Counted from the first letter of the stretch, positions 26,287-37,985 are shown. The stretch is DNA of 64,000 nt from Rhynchopus sp. YZ270_cl-10 (GCA_964035575.1 OZ037847.1:496001-560000); one strand, 5' to 3'. Numbers and translations are program-made. Notes: a model not told the origin generated them from the sequence alone.

Positions 26287-26749
26287 TCATTGCTGTAGCT
26301 TTGCTTCAAGCGATGCAGCTTCCTTCTCGAGTGTGGTGAGCTCGTCGATCAGCATGATCTGTTGTGTTGTGTTTGATAAAATTAGAGTTCTATAAATTGT
26401 TGAAGTGCAATCTCCACTTTCTGTGGTGCGAAATACAACAACAACAAAAAAGTTTGGCTGACGGGAGATCATCCTTGACTGTACTCGACTCTTTTTGAGC
26501 CGTGGTATGTCATACCTCAGCTAACGCATCGTTTGAGCCACCCGAATTCAGGGTGCTTGCCTCGCGCTCCAGATGCTTGATCCTGTCAGTAAGGTTTGCA
26601 ATGTAGCTGTCCCTGTCGTGCTTGAGCTCCTCACGCGCTGCCAGCTCACGCTCCAAAGGCTCGAGTTCACGTTCAGTTTCGTCCGTTACTTCTTTGATAC
26701 GCTGTTCCACTGCTTCCGTTGGGCTCAGGGCCTGTGGCGACACTGTCAT
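26287..26749 (-). CDS. Small coiled-coil protein (101 aa); intron 26359-26515
   Basis: MTVSPQALSPTEAVEQRIKE...DALAE|IMLIDELTTLEKEAASLEAKLQQ*; GTATGA...ACAG intron joins two heptad-rich exons in frame. Confidence 0.7.
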
Positions 26750-27133
26750 ATTGGAGTATTCTGTTTCTGCGAATAGGGGAAGAAATGGCAGGGAAGAGAG
26801 GACAAATGACAAAAAGATGTGCGAGGAGGAGGATTTTTTTTTTTTTGAAAAAAAAAAAAATGAAGAAAACAACATAATGCTGCTCTAGTGTACAACGGAG
26901 GGTAAGTGGTGCTGATAAACACTGCAGACCCCAGAGAGAGGGGGGGGAAATGCACACAGACTCGTGGGGGGGAAATATAGATTTCAAAAAAAAAAAAAAA
27001 AAAATACATGTTTTGCCAGCAAATCCGGAAGGTTGCTTGCGAGGGAGAAGTTGGGAAGCCTCCGTGGGCTTAAGTCACGTAGACGAGACAGAAAGCTTAG
27101 ATGTATACACCTCGCGGAGATATATCTTCACAA

Positions 27134-27237
27134 AAAGTTGGCTTGAAATGCAAAAGCCTCTCGTGACAGTGTACCTTGGTGCATGACCGGTGCACCAGGT
27201 GGTCCCCAACCATGCAGTCCTACATTCGTGTACATCT
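27134..27237 (-). repeat. Dispersed element B, copy
   Basis: Contains AAGCCTCTCGTGACAGTGTACC and CCAACCATGCAGTCCTA. Confidence 0.85.
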
Positions 27238-27344
27238 CAAAAAAAATTATAGTGGAGCATCCTCGTGTCTACACTAATACGGCCAGTTTTCAAAAAAAAC
27301 AAAACAAAAAAACAAAACAAAAAAGCAAAAAATGCTGAAAACAA

Positions 27345-27491
27345 CATACAATGCAGCGAGGCCGAGTGCGCCTGAAAAATGGCCTGAGGCGTGACTGAGG
27401 CACACCCCGGATTACTTACGTTTAAGTACGCCTCAGCCACACCTGAGCCGGCCTTAGCGAGAGGCCGATTCAGGCCTCGTTGCATTGTATG
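27345..27491. mobile_element. 147-bp MITE
   Basis: 19-bp TIR CATACAATGCA(G/A)CGAGGCC with 1 mismatch; 6-bp TSD AAACAA; internal CTGAGGCGT/ACGCCTCAG inverted repeat. Confidence 0.8.
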
Positions 27492-27966
27492 AAACAATGG
27501 GTAAATTTACAAGGAGAAGGTGAGGGTAAACAAGGGCGATCCTTGTTTGTGCTAACAAAATACTATTTTTTCGGTGACAGAATTTACCAAAAAAATTTAT
27601 CTCTTGTCAAATATTCAAAAAAAAACAACGAACGAAAAACACACACCCCCTCGCATAAATATATGACGCGTTTCTGTGCCGGGCCCCGGGTTTGCGCAAC
27701 GTGCGTTTTTTTTTCTTCTTTCTGGAGGGGAAAGGGAAAGGTTTGTTCGACGATCCAAACCATCATGCGCTTAGTCACCCCCAGAAACGGCACCCACAAA
27801 ACGTTGAACCCAAAACCACAGAAACCGTGAACAGCACCGCATGGCGGAACACACCATTCTAACTTGTTAGGAATATTCGGGTGACACAGAGTGGAAACTG
27901 CTGCACACCTGTACCATTTGTTTTACGTGATAACCCCTTTCTTTCCCTCCCTTATTTGCCCATTGC

Positions 27967-30457
27967 TTATGCGGGGGTGGCGGCAGGTTCTTCTGCTGCT
28001 GGCTCCTCGGGCTTTGCCTCCTCTGCTTTCTCTTCCTTCGCTTCAGCCTCCACTTTTTCTTCCACCGTTTGTTCGGCTTCAGCCTCCGCCTTTTCTTCCG
28101 CCTTTGGCACTTCAGCTTCAGCCTCTACTTTTTCCTCCACCTTTTGTTCGGCTTCAGCCTCCGCCTTTTCTTCCGCCTTTGGTACTTCAGCTTCGGTCTC
28201 CACTTTTTCTTCCACTTTTTGTTCGGCTTCAGCCTCCACTTTTTCCTCTACCTTGGGTACTTCAGCCTCCACCTTTTCTTCCACCTTGGGTACTTCAGTT
28301 GTCTCTACTTTTTCTTCCACCTTTTCCTCCACCTTTTGTTCGGCTTCAGCCTCGACCTTTTCCTCTGGTTCTTTTTGGGCTTCAGGAGCGTTCTCCTCCT
28401 TCACCTCCTCTACTTTGCGCGTCTCCTCCTCCTCCTTGGGTGTGTCTGCAGTGTTCTTCTCTGCCTCTGTCTCCGCCTCAGGCACCTCGGCTGCACCCAC
28501 TTCTGATGCTGCCTGCGTAACGTCCTCCACTGGCGCAGTCTCTTCCACCCCAGCAGACGGCTCTGTGGCAATGTGTGTGCCGTCGACGCTGACCTCAGCC
28601 TTAATGTCGTCGCCCTTCTGCGACGACACGTCACCCCCCTTGCGCGGCGATTCAGTGACAGACTCGACAACGTCGTCAGCGACGCTGTGGTCGTTCAGGA
28701 CTACCAGGATGCAGGTTTGGTTGTCAGTACCTGGAAAAAAAAATTGTTTGCATTTTCGAGGTGAAAAACGTTTGCATACCAATGGCCTCGTCGTCCAACG
28801 CTGCCGCCACATTGTTCAAAAGCAGGCCTTTGAGAGCGGCGACGTTTGGCTGGTTTTCTTTGCTGTTCTCCGCGAGCTTCTTTTGCACGAAGGTGAGCGC
28901 CTGCTCGGATTCATAGCCATCCCAGATACCATCACAGCCGATCAGAATAAGATCCTCTTTGCCGTCCCGCGGGATGTGCACGAACTCTGGTTCAGTGGAG
29001 ACGGCTTGTTCGTTTGGGCCCTTTCCACCGCATTGTTTGAAGTCAAAGTCGCCAAATGCGCGAGGGACGGACAGCGTGCCTTCAATACGGTTGGCTTTGA
29101 TAGAGTAGCCTGCAGAGGTGATGCGTGTGGTCTCGGTCTCAGAGTCAAGCGTTTGGTCGACACTCAGCTCCACCACCTCGTTGTTCTCCCGCAGCATGAC
29201 TGCCCTGCTGTCACCCACATTCGCACAGAGCACATCATCCGGACGCACAATCACCAAACAACACGTAGTTCCTACGCATCCACAGTCCTCCGAAGCTTCT
29301 TGCAGCAAATCATCTGCGGCGTAGAACGCCTTTGTAATGCCCTCCTTTAAGGCTTCGATGCTGCAGGTACTGATATCGCTTACTTCGTCTGTGAGGCATG
29401 CGACAATGTTTTGGGACATCCATTTTGAGGCTATGGTGCCGCCGTGGCCGTCGAAGACAGCGCAGATGTATACTCCGTCGATTCTGCAGATGACTTCTGC
29501 GTCTTCTTGGGAGGAGCGCCAGCCTTGCATGCTGACGCAGGCAACGTTTGAGTTGAGCTCTACTACGTCGCAGTCGGTGACGGGCTCCTTCATGTAGGTA
29601 CCCTTAGAGTCGCAGAGTTGGTTGAGCGCTTCGTCAAAGGCTTCGGTTTCGTCCTGGGAAAACTCTTGGCATTCGTAGCAGAAGTACGCCTTTTCGTACC
29701 ACATAAGCTCGTAGTTGATGAATAGCTTTTCGTTTTCTGGGTCAGAAGTATACACCTCTGCCGCATGCTGCTGGCAATATGATTTCATCGAATGGCATGA
29801 TAACAGTTGTGACGGTCTCCGGAGACACGTTGCGCAGGCGTGGAAGAGGGTGTGGAAATCAAGCTTGTCGACTTCATTGAAAAGAGATTGATGTGCGTTC
29901 TTTACAAGCGCGTCGCCGGTGCATTGACAGGCCCCTCCGGTGCCCAGCTCAAAGGCAGGGGCATTTTCTTCGGATCTTGGTGTTCCGTATTGATTGCCCC
30001 CCTCCGGTTTGTTCTTGCGTTTCGGTTCGGTGACAGTGTCCACCTCTCTCTCTTGAACGGAGAGGCTGCTCTTCAAACGATTAAAAGAAGGTGCCCGCTT
30101 CGTCAGCATCACCCCCTCATCCTCAGGGCTCACTGCCAACCGAACCGACACCCCCAACTCCATCTCGATGTTCTTATTCGACCCTCTCCTGAACGAACCT
30201 ACCTTCTTCGGCGGGGGTCTGTCGGTCGCGGTGCTATGCAAAAGGTTGCCGGAGGATCCCTGAGGCAAGCTGTGTTGCTGGCTGAAGGAAGCGGGTGCCT
30301 TCTTCGGCAGAAGGCCCTGAAGATATTCGATCATGGCACGCTTGGGGTCGTCAGGCCGTGTATCGCTCAGATGAGTAACCATCCCTGCCACCGTTGCGTG
30401 CAAATCATGTTTCCTGACATACGCCAAATGGTTATTTAGAGCGTCCGGAGTAGTCAT
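27967..30457 (-). CDS. PP2C (PPM) phosphatase with N-terminal Dpy-30/RIIa-like docking domain, Cys/His Zn-finger-like segment and acidic E/K repeat tail; intron 28731-28779
   Basis: SMQGWRSSQED, VFDGHGG, ANVGDSR, RAFGDFDFK, GCDGIWD; splicing restores G|TDNQT; 813 aa. Confidence 0.92.
28030..28360 (-). repeat. Coding tandem repeat (up to ~75-bp units; AEAEQKVEEKVEAEAEVPKAEEK)
   Basis: Repeated TTCGGCTTCAGCCTCC / CCACTTTTTC units in the PP2C tail. Confidence 0.85.
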
Positions 30458-30959
30458 TGTTATGGGAAAGGGGGAGGGGGAGGGGGGGACACGTGTATTG
30501 ACCTGAAAAGGATAATTTTGTAAAATTGAATTGTACATAGCTAGAGAATGCGCAACATGCGCATCATGCGCATACAAAAAAAACAAAAGTGGATGCGCAT
30601 ATTTTCTCTTCAGCAGCAGTAGGCGCTCAGGCCATGGAATTATTTGAGTGTGGCCTTGATGAGGTTGGTCACGGGGATGCCGTTTTTGTCGTGACATCCG
30701 AGAAGCAGGCGAGGGTAGTGCTCCACCGGGGGAGGTACAGTCGTTTACCCTGCGATTTCAAGGACAACGTGAAAAATGCCAACGGCCTCTTTAGAAAAAA
30801 CACAAAAATTTGCGCATGACAATTTGTGTTTTTTACACAATTTGCGCATCTGGATCTATGATTGTAGAATATACTAAATGGAGATGGAGGTGAAAACAAT
30901 GTGACACAATAGAAACGGGTCCACAGAGATTGATGTGCGCATCTAAAACCCTAAACACC

Positions 30960-31212
30960 ACCAACACATCCAGAGGTGAAGCTCAAAAAAGAACTGTGGA
31001 ACTGGAAGAAGGCGAAATGGGCAGGGTTCACCAAGGAGATGGAGCGCAGTTCACCAGACGCAATGAAGTGGGACTCAATCAGCACCGCAGCAGCCAAGTG
31101 CGCAGGGATGGTGAAGAACATCGCGAGGAGGCACACCCCCAGAGGCAAGGCAAGGAAGAAGAAGCGACGCTGGTGCAACGGTGCGGTGCAGAAGGCCCAG
31201 AGGTGTGGCTGA
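30960..31212 (+). pseudogene. Fragment of a non-LTR retrotransposon ORF (linker between endonuclease and RT)
   Basis: LWNWKKAKWAGF...IARRHTPRGK...RRW resembles the WNxKKAxW...PRG...W pattern of ingi/I/Jockey-type LINEs; GC-rich island, opposite to the gene strand. Confidence 0.7.
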
Positions 31213-32218
31213 CGACCCCAAAATAGCACTTATCGCACCCCCCCTTTCAGCCACACCACCCATAGTAGTATTGTAGTAAGGGGCGGATTGGAGGTAAAGG
31301 CAAAAAAAAAGACTTTTTTTTGAGCAAAATCGGCAACAAATTTGTCACCAATTTTGGGCTACAATAGCAATGGTGTAGGGAAGAGAGAGAGAGAGAAAGC
31401 GGAGGTGGAGAAAAAAAAAAAGGGAGAAACGATTGCAATCCAAAAATAAAGACATTTGTAACGAAATAATGAAGATGTTCCCTTTTTGCAATCCCTAAAC
31501 CCCACTTTTTTTTTTTTTTTTGGGCAATCCCCTACCTGGTGACCTTGCTATGGTAATTACCGCATATTTCCTTTACATAACAAATATCATAACAAAATCA
31601 GCTTGTTGTGTAATGAAAAAAGCGTGCTGTGTTTCTTTGTTACCAGAGTAACAAGGTCTCCGTGTAGTATCCACCTCCACCCCCAGTTCCCAGACAATCC
31701 ATTTTGGTCTGAAGTGGATTTTTTTTTCCCCCTCTCAGAAATGGGGAAAACGCACGCAGCGTTTGTAGCTGGAAGGGGGACCAAAATAAATTGCCCATTT
31801 TTTATTATTTTTTTTGAATACTCTCTCTGCAGCGTTTTGCACGTAAAGAAGACAGAAAACGAAACGAAACGAAAAGAACCATTTTTTTTTGTTTTTTTTT
31901 TTTGCAAGACGTCTAAATGACCACATCTAACAAAGACAACACGAGAGAAAAAGAATAGAAGTGATTTGCTGAATAGAAGCTGCAAAACGATCACAAAATA
32001 GAAGGGGAAAAAAACATAACTGTCGGTTTGGATGTGAGAATGAAATGCTCAACTCCTTTTATATAAGTCCTTGAACATCACATGAATGAGAGGAAACGTA
32101 AAAAAGAAGAAAACGACAATCAGAAACAGTGCCTAACAAAAAAGAATTTGACTGGACACATTCAACCCTCTTCGTTTATCGCCAAAGAATAGGTTTTTGT
32201 ATAGATATGAATGTAGAT

Positions 32219-32331
32219 CCACCTGGTTTTTACTCCGCGTATAGGTCGTAAAGGCGCGTAAACGTATAGGCCAAACCCCACCCATTTTTTCCAGCCTTTA
32301 CGCGCCTATACGCGGGGTAAAAATCGGGTGG
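32219..32331. mobile_element. 113-bp MITE-like element, CYACC...GGTGG family, copy 2
   Basis: TIR CCACCTGGTTTTTACTCCGCGTATAGG / CCTATACGCGGGGTAAAAATCGGGTGG; 5-bp TSD TAGAT (32214-32218, 32332-32336). Confidence 0.82.
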
Positions 32332-33069
32332 TAGATACCATAAATGTAAATATGCTGGAACGTAATAATGTTGGAACTACCCAAAAAAAACGCTCGTTCG
32401 TTCCAACATACATTTACGGTAGTTTTTTGGTAATACAATCTTCTGCTGTAATCATCATGCTTGTGTACACAAAAACACGGTAACGGTACTGCCACTTTTC
32501 GTCTTGTCCGAGTTCGGGGTGGGACTACCCTCATGTCCCTTCCCCACCTTCCCCCCCTTGAACTCAAGCAACCTCACGAATTCACAGAGAAAAGAGAAAA
32601 ATAAAAGAGTAGTTGAAACGTGCTCAAACGCATCTCAGTCGAAATAAAATGTAAGAAGAAAGGACCTCTCGTGCATCTCCGAAAGCAGCTTCCCAGAACA
32701 AACGCAAAATCCTTGTATATAACAGTATCAGCCTTGCCCCCCCTTTTGACTTTTTAGGTGTACTCCCCAACAGGCAAAAAGAGGAAATTTATACGATGAT
32801 CCTGAGTCTCTCGTGTGTACCGTATTTGTACAAATTATCAACCGTAAAAAAGGTCGAACTTCCAGAAAAATCCTGAAAAGGTGGAACATTAGTACGGTCG
32901 ATAATTTGTACGAATACAGTAATCACCTTGAAGAGGATCTGAAGACTCTTGTGCATAGTCACCTTTGCAATACAAAAAAACTACAACCATCGGGGGACGC
33001 AAACCCTTGGCCGAGAGAAAATCTTGTTTCTTGGGCAAAAAACATTACCCACAATTTTGTAACAATAAA

Positions 33070-33181
33070 CAGGGCGTTCGCCCCGGGGCGAAAAATATTT
33101 TTTTTCGTTAAAAAAATCTTTTCCTGAAAAAATGACATTTTATTTCGCCCCAGGGCTTCGCCCCACCGGGGCGAAACCCTG
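33070..33181. mobile_element. 112-bp CAGGG...CCCTG MITE-like element
   Basis: CAGGGCGTTCGCCCCGG / CCGGGGCGAAACCCTG ends with internal TTCGCCCC repeats; no clean TSD. Confidence 0.6.
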
Positions 33182-34023
33182 TATAAATAAATAAATAAAA
33201 AAAAAAAAAGGGAGGAAAAAAAAAAAAAAGAGAGAGAGATTTCTCCCCACCACCCTGTCGACCCCCCCGGAGGGGGGGTCACAGAGGGGGTGTCCACTGT
33301 ACTCAAAATCATCCGCAAACCCGCCTGCCGTGAGAGGAAGTTTCCCCAGCACTCCCGCTCGCTCCTCAATCCTGCAGTCAGCTGAAGGTGTCCCGTACCC
33401 CCTGTTATAGAAGGTGTCACTACTCGTGTCAACTCTATCTTCAACCTTGGTGGAGGCAGAGAGACGGGTTAGTTTATTGAAAATAATCAAAATAAGGATG
33501 AAGTCTCATATGACGGATGCTTCTCTCTTGTACATCTGTTCGATTAAACAGCACAAAGAGAACCCTCAGTGAGGGGGGATTGATGAAATTCTCCATCGTT
33601 TTGCTGGTTTTAGTCCTGGGGAAGGGATCACGCGCAAATCGCAATTTTTTTTGATCACTCAGCACCAGGGATTCACCCCCCACGAACTAGCTTCTCTCCG
33701 GCGGAAAAATTTTTTTTTGACCTATTTTAAGCACTAGTAAAAAAGCAAAAATTTCGGGTTTTTTGGCATTTCGCCACGATCAGGAAAAAACGATGGCGAT
33801 AGCGAACGCCCTGACAATAAATGGAAAAAAACGAGCCTTCTCAAAGAGAAAAAAATAACGAACCTAAACTACGCAGCATTTGCACACCACAATACATTCC
33901 CCATATCCACACACTACCCCCCCGCTGGTCCGTAACCCATACCCGCCCCTTCTAATGTATTATTTTTTACCAGAATACAGAGCAAAGCTGAAGCATGACT
34001 ATTGCCCCCCTCACTCCCCCTTC

Positions 34024-34854
34024 TTAACCCCCTTCAAGAAAGGTGACAGTATTGTCACTTTGCGAGACTTTGGATTGTTTTGAGTATATTTGGAAGATGC
34101 TTGTGGTGGTGGACTTGAGACAGCATGTGTACACCGAGATGTCTGAGTTGTAAGCTGCGATTGCCGGCGCGCTGCAGCTTGCTTGGAAGAGAAGGGAACG
34201 GAGGACGACACGTCTCGTTTCATTTGAACAGTGCACTGCGGGTTGCTGCGCATCGTGGCATACACAGGACTCCACACTGATGTCACCAGACTCAACAATT
34301 TGCACACAATGGTTATAAGCTCCACGGAACGTCACACCTTCCAACGATACACCACGCAATCGATCTATATAAACGTGTGCTCGTCCGGTGCTGTGGCCAT
34401 GCAAAGTAACATCCCTGATGTGAATATTATCAGAGCGAAGATAAAAGAAATACCCAGAACCTTCGTTGCCGTATATTATGCTTTCTGGCCCGGAGCCTTC
34501 GATGGAGACGGAGAGGTCGCCCCCAGGCCATTTGTGGATGCCGGCGGGAAGCTTGATGGTGGAGTTCTTCGGGACGCGGCTGCTCATGGCTGCGGCAGAG
34601 AAGGAGGTGAAGCGGAGTGTCTCGCCCTCGGGGGTCATCACTTCGACACTCCCTTCGTCGTTCGGCTCGTCGCTGTCGCTGTCCCACCCCCCCGTTTGAC
34701 CGGTCAGTGGCGAGACCACTAAGGGCTCGGTCTTGCCATTACTCGCATGTCGTGCGTGGGTGTGCTCGCGTGACGGCCGAGTTTGCTCTTTCTGCATGTG
34801 CTCGTTCAGGATTTTGTCCATCTCATCTTCATCATTGTCAAAATGATGTGCCAT
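34024..34854 (-). CDS. Right-handed beta-helix (pectin-lyase-fold-like) protein
   Basis: STIKLPAGIH, VSIEGSG, NIHIRDVTL, VSLEGVTF, ISVESC repeats typical of parallel beta-helix coils, after a disordered N-terminus. Confidence 0.7.
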   Translation of the reverse strand: MAHHFDNDEDEMDKILNEHMQKEQTRPSREHTHARHASNGKTEPLVVSPLTGQTGGWDSDSDEPNDEGSVEVMTPEGETLRFTSFSAAAMSSRVPKNSTIKLPAGIHKWPGGDLSVSIEGSGPESIIYGNEGSGYFFYLRSDNIHIRDVTLHGHSTGRAHVYIDRLRGVSLEGVTFRGAYNHCVQIVESGDISVESCVCHDAQQPAVHCSNETRRVVLRSLLFQASCSAPAIAAYNSDISVYTCCLKSTTTSIFQIYSKQSKVSQSDNTVTFLEGG

Positions 34855-35363
34855 ATAAATAAGAACCCTGCAAGGCGCAGAGGAAGGAGGTGTGCTGTGT
34901 TAGATGCCTCCTGGGGGTAAAGGGGTAAAGGGGTAAGGGGGTAAGGGGGGTAGGGAGGAACGGAGGGGAGGAGGGGGTGGACGTAGTTTGATTAGGTAAA
35001 GTGTTTGTCGCCGCATTTATTATTGGCATCCATCTATTGCATAATAAGGTAGAATGGCGGGAGAAAAAAAATCAGAAGAATATGAAGAAAAAAAGCTACT
35101 CGGAGAAAGACATTTGAAGGCCCAATTTAACAAAAAAAAAAACGTAAAGGGATGAACTGGGCTGCCGGCACCTATGTATATTCGAGGTGACGCTGTTAGT
35201 GCAGACACTTCGGCACATAGGCGTATCATTTAAAACAAAGGTAGGGGGTTGAAGGTGGACGACGTGCAAGGCGTCGGTTCATGCAAACAAATGGTAGGTG
35301 AAGTGAAATGCCTCTGTGGACAGACACCGAAACAAACAGGAAAGCGTGGAGCGGGAATGCTAC

Positions 35364-36191
35364 CTACAGCTTCGCAAACACAGCGTTCTTCTTCTGGAAG
35401 GACGCCTGCGCAGCCTTGGGCACGTCACCACTCTGCACCATCGCTGCGTTCCACAGTGCAACGTGTGCAAGCCCCTCAGTAACTGTGTGGTCTCTCGCGT
35501 AGTTGAGGTTCACCTTCGTCCCCGTCACCGCAAGAGGCGACTTCGATGCAATGAACTTCGCAAGCTTGACAGTCTCAGGGATGAGTGCGTCCTTTGTGTA
35601 GACTCTGGTGATGAGACCCATCTTGTGTGCCTCTGCTGCCTCGAAGCGGCGTGCTGTGTAGGCGAGCTCCTTCACGAGGCCTTCGTTGCCAAGGGTTTTT
35701 GGGAATCTTTGGAGAGGTCCTACGTCGGCGGCGAGACCGATGTCGACCTCTTTGATGGTGAACCAGGCGTCTTCTGAACAGTAACGAATATCGCAGGCAC
35801 TGAGCAGACCTAAGGCACCTCCGATGCAGGCACCGTGCACTGCCGCAAGGACAGGCTGTGGACAACGCTCCATAATGTTGAAGGCCTCCTGCGCTTTGGT
35901 CACTTCTGCCTTGAGTTGCAATGCACGCCGTCCTACATCACGCGTCTTGCTTGGCCCCAAGAAGCCAGGGTTGCCATGAAAGTCAAGCCCAGCCGAGAAC
36001 ATCTTGCCATTCCCACTGACAACCACAGCACGGCAGCTCGCCTCTGCAGCTATCTGCGTGAAGCACGCGAAGAGCTCGCGCCACATGGTGTCGTTTAGTG
36101 CATTCATCTTGCGTGGACGGTTCAATTTGACGTGGAGAACGTGATCTCCAACGTCCTCCACCTCAATAACCTCATAGTTGTACGCACTCAT
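35364..36191 (-). CDS. ECH1: Delta(3,5)-Delta(2,4)-dienoyl-CoA isomerase-like, peroxisomal (PTS1 -AKL), divergent paralog
   Basis: Crotonase fold: LNRPRKMNA, FSAGLD, PVLAAVHGACIGG, IKEVDIGLAADVG; start MSAYNYE by alignment with its paralog. Confidence 0.9.
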   Translation of the reverse strand: MSAYNYEVIEVEDVGDHVLHVKLNRPRKMNALNDTMWRELFACFTQIAAEASCRAVVVSGNGKMFSAGLDFHGNPGFLGPSKTRDVGRRALQLKAEVTKAQEAFNIMERCPQPVLAAVHGACIGGALGLLSACDIRYCSEDAWFTIKEVDIGLAADVGPLQRFPKTLGNEGLVKELAYTARRFEAAEAHKMGLITRVYTKDALIPETVKLAKFIASKSPLAVTGTKVNLNYARDHTVTEGLAHVALWNAAMVQSGDVPKAAQASFQKKNAVFAKL

Positions 36192-36934
36192 GTTGTGTCT
36201 GTGCGGGATAGGTCGTGAATAGGAAAATATGTGAATATGTGAATAGGTGAATACCAGCTTGTCGCCTGGCAATGAGAGAAGGAGGGGAGGAAAGGAGAGA
36301 GAGGAGGGTATCTTTTTTATAGTAAGCCACGCTACGACGAGGCTCGCATTGCCGTGGCTGTAACAGGAAAAAAAAGGAGAAAATAAAAGTTGGGAAACAA
36401 AAAACTCCCCATTTTTTTGGTCCCAAAAAAACCAAAAATAAAAACTGTCAGATGCCTGACCTGTCTTTTCTTAGTTTTTTGGGAAGTCACCAACAGAGCG
36501 AAGTAATAGACACATTGAGTTTTACTTTTTTTTTTTCTTTTTGTTTTCCCCTTTGGGGAGCAAAGCGCTGCCTCCAATAAAAAAAAGGAACAAAAAAAAA
36601 AAGAGAAAAAAAAAGACACAACAAGAAACCAGCGTAAAGGGAAAAAAAAATCTTGAAGATGAATGTGCCTCTCGCACTTTGCACACACATTCAAAAAAAA
36701 AAAAAAAAGAGAGAGAAATGTTTGGTGAGATGAACCTCGGCTCACCTACACCAGAAAATATGGAACTCGTATTATATTTTGCTTGCGCCCCGCACGACCT
36801 CACAAGCCTTCTTCAAAGGAGAGCAATGCCAAGACATCTCTTGTCATTGAAGGGGGTGCGGAAGGGGGCCATGCCCATGTAAGATAGATGGCCTCTCGCC
36901 AGACACATCGATCACGGAAGTACAGGAAGGCACT

Positions 36935-37759
36935 CTACAGCTTCGCAAACACAGCGTTCTTCTTCTGGAAGGACGCCTGCGCAGCCTTGGGCACGTCACC
37001 ACTCTGCACCATCGCTGCGTTCCACAGTGCAACGTGTGCAAGCCCCTCAGTAACTGTGTGGTCTCTCGCGTAGTTGAGGTTCACCTTCGTTCCCGTCACC
37101 GCAAGAGGCGACTTCGATGCAATGAACTTCGCAAGCTTGACAGTCTCAGGGATGAGTGCGTCCTTTGTGTAGACTCTGGTGATGAGACCCATCTTGTGTG
37201 CCTCTGCTGCCTCGAAGCGGCGTGCTGTGTAGGCGAGCTCCTTCACGATGCCTTCGTTGCCGAGGATCTTGGGGAGTCTTTGGAGGGTGCCGACGTCGGC
37301 GGCGAGACCGATGTCGACCTCTTTGATGCTGAACCAGCACTCCTCCGAGCAGTAACGCATGTCGCAGGCGCTGATCATGTCGATGCCTCCTCCGATGCAG
37401 GCACCGTGCACTGCCGCAAGGACAGGCTGTGGGCAACGCTCAATGGCCGAGAACGCGTCCTGCAGCATGAGGACAGTGTCGCGCAGGTGGAACGCCTTCC
37501 TGCCAACGTCCTTCCCGCCCCCTGCGTTCCCCAGGTCCATCCCAAAGATGTCGATGCCCGCAGTGAACATCTTCCCGTTCCCGCTGACAACCACCGCACG
37601 GCACTCACCGTCCGCAGCAATCTGCGTGAAGCACTCACGGCACTCCCTCCAGAACGCAGCGTTCATCGCGTTACGCTTCTCAGGACGGTTGATCACCACC
37701 TGCAGCACGTGGTCTCCCAGGTCCAACACCTGAAGGGTCTCATACTTGTACGCGGCCAT
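36935..37759 (-). CDS. ECH1: Delta(3,5)-Delta(2,4)-dienoyl-CoA isomerase, peroxisomal (PTS1 -AKL)
   Basis: FTAGID, GACIGGGIDMISACD, IKEVDIGLAADVGTLQRLP, C-terminal AKL. Confidence 0.95.
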   Translation of the reverse strand: MAAYKYETLQVLDLGDHVLQVVINRPEKRNAMNAAFWRECRECFTQIAADGECRAVVVSGNGKMFTAGIDIFGMDLGNAGGGKDVGRKAFHLRDTVLMLQDAFSAIERCPQPVLAAVHGACIGGGIDMISACDMRYCSEECWFSIKEVDIGLAADVGTLQRLPKILGNEGIVKELAYTARRFEAAEAHKMGLITRVYTKDALIPETVKLAKFIASKSPLAVTGTKVNLNYARDHTVTEGLAHVALWNAAMVQSGDVPKAAQASFQKKNAVFAKL

Positions 37760-37985
37760 TATGTTGTGTGTTGGTGGTGTTCTGTGAGGAGACGTTACGT
37801 GGTGAGAATGCTATAATCCTTAAAAAAAACCTTTTATTTTTGTCGCTTAAAAGCAAAACGGGTAAGTCTAAAGTTCTAAATGCTGAGATGCTTAAAAGCA
37901 CAGCAACGCATTTTTGGGGTATATTCTGTGTGTGTTTTTTTAATGAAAATTCAAAAGTTGCCCTCCAGCTTTGCCTTCTTTCAAA

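Noticed and set aside
33140..33700. GC-balanced stretch with a 116-aa ORF and GACCCCCC/GGGGGGTC hairpin
   Set aside because: No ATG-supported gene or recognisable domain; the ORF runs into poly-T and a MITE.
34913..34955. (GGGGTAA)n telomere-like repeat
   Set aside because: Five irregular units; better explained as the C-rich sense-strand tract upstream of the 34854 gene.
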